From Selaginella moellendorffii (Eukaryota > Plantae > Lycopodiophyta), in contig NW_003314701.1 of NCBI RefSeq assembly GCF_000143415.4, positions 1-6,607 on the forward strand: a stretch of 6,607 bases of DNA, written 5' to 3'. The notes beneath the pieces were generated by a model that saw only the letters and a list, made by a program, of their open reading frames with translations, searched no databases and was not told where the DNA came from. A program made the translations under genes and the position numbers. Shown one piece after another: positions 6,589 through 6,607 of this stretch (position 1 is the first letter of the stretch; each line of letters begins with the position of its first letter).

Positions 6589-6607
6589 CTAAAAAACCAC
6601 AATCTTT

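Overview
Eukaryotic land-plant nuclear DNA. It is gene-dense, has short GT-AG introns of 63-73 nt, a plant-type tRNA-Thr and an S/SS-type PPR relic. This resembles the lycophyte Selaginella, but that assignment is inference only. From 5' to 3' the window holds: (1) an intronless secreted-protein gene (173-1077, +) encoding a signal peptide, an unassigned ~120-aa domain that by eye resembles a cysteine-depleted fungal KP4 killer-toxin fold, and a GNA/bulb-type mannose lectin, broken by one frameshift in a G4 run; (2) an (AG)12 microsatellite; (3) degenerate WD40-like (+) and PPR (-) gene fragments; (4) a convergent secreted LamG/concanavalin-like gene (3280-2743, -) of bacterial appearance, also with one frameshift; (5) AACACG repeats and a ~143-bp diverged inverted repeat flanking a 426-N assembly gap, probably a DNA-transposon relic; (6) a Su(var)3-9-type pre-SET/SET/post-SET exon (6156-5423, -); (7) tRNA-Thr(AGT) (6260-6333, +); (8) a TPR exon resembling O-GlcNAc transferase SEC (6588-6519, -), phase-compatible with the SET exon, so the tRNA may lie antisense inside the intron of a TPR-SET chimera. 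All family assignments are from motif recognition by eye; no searches were run.
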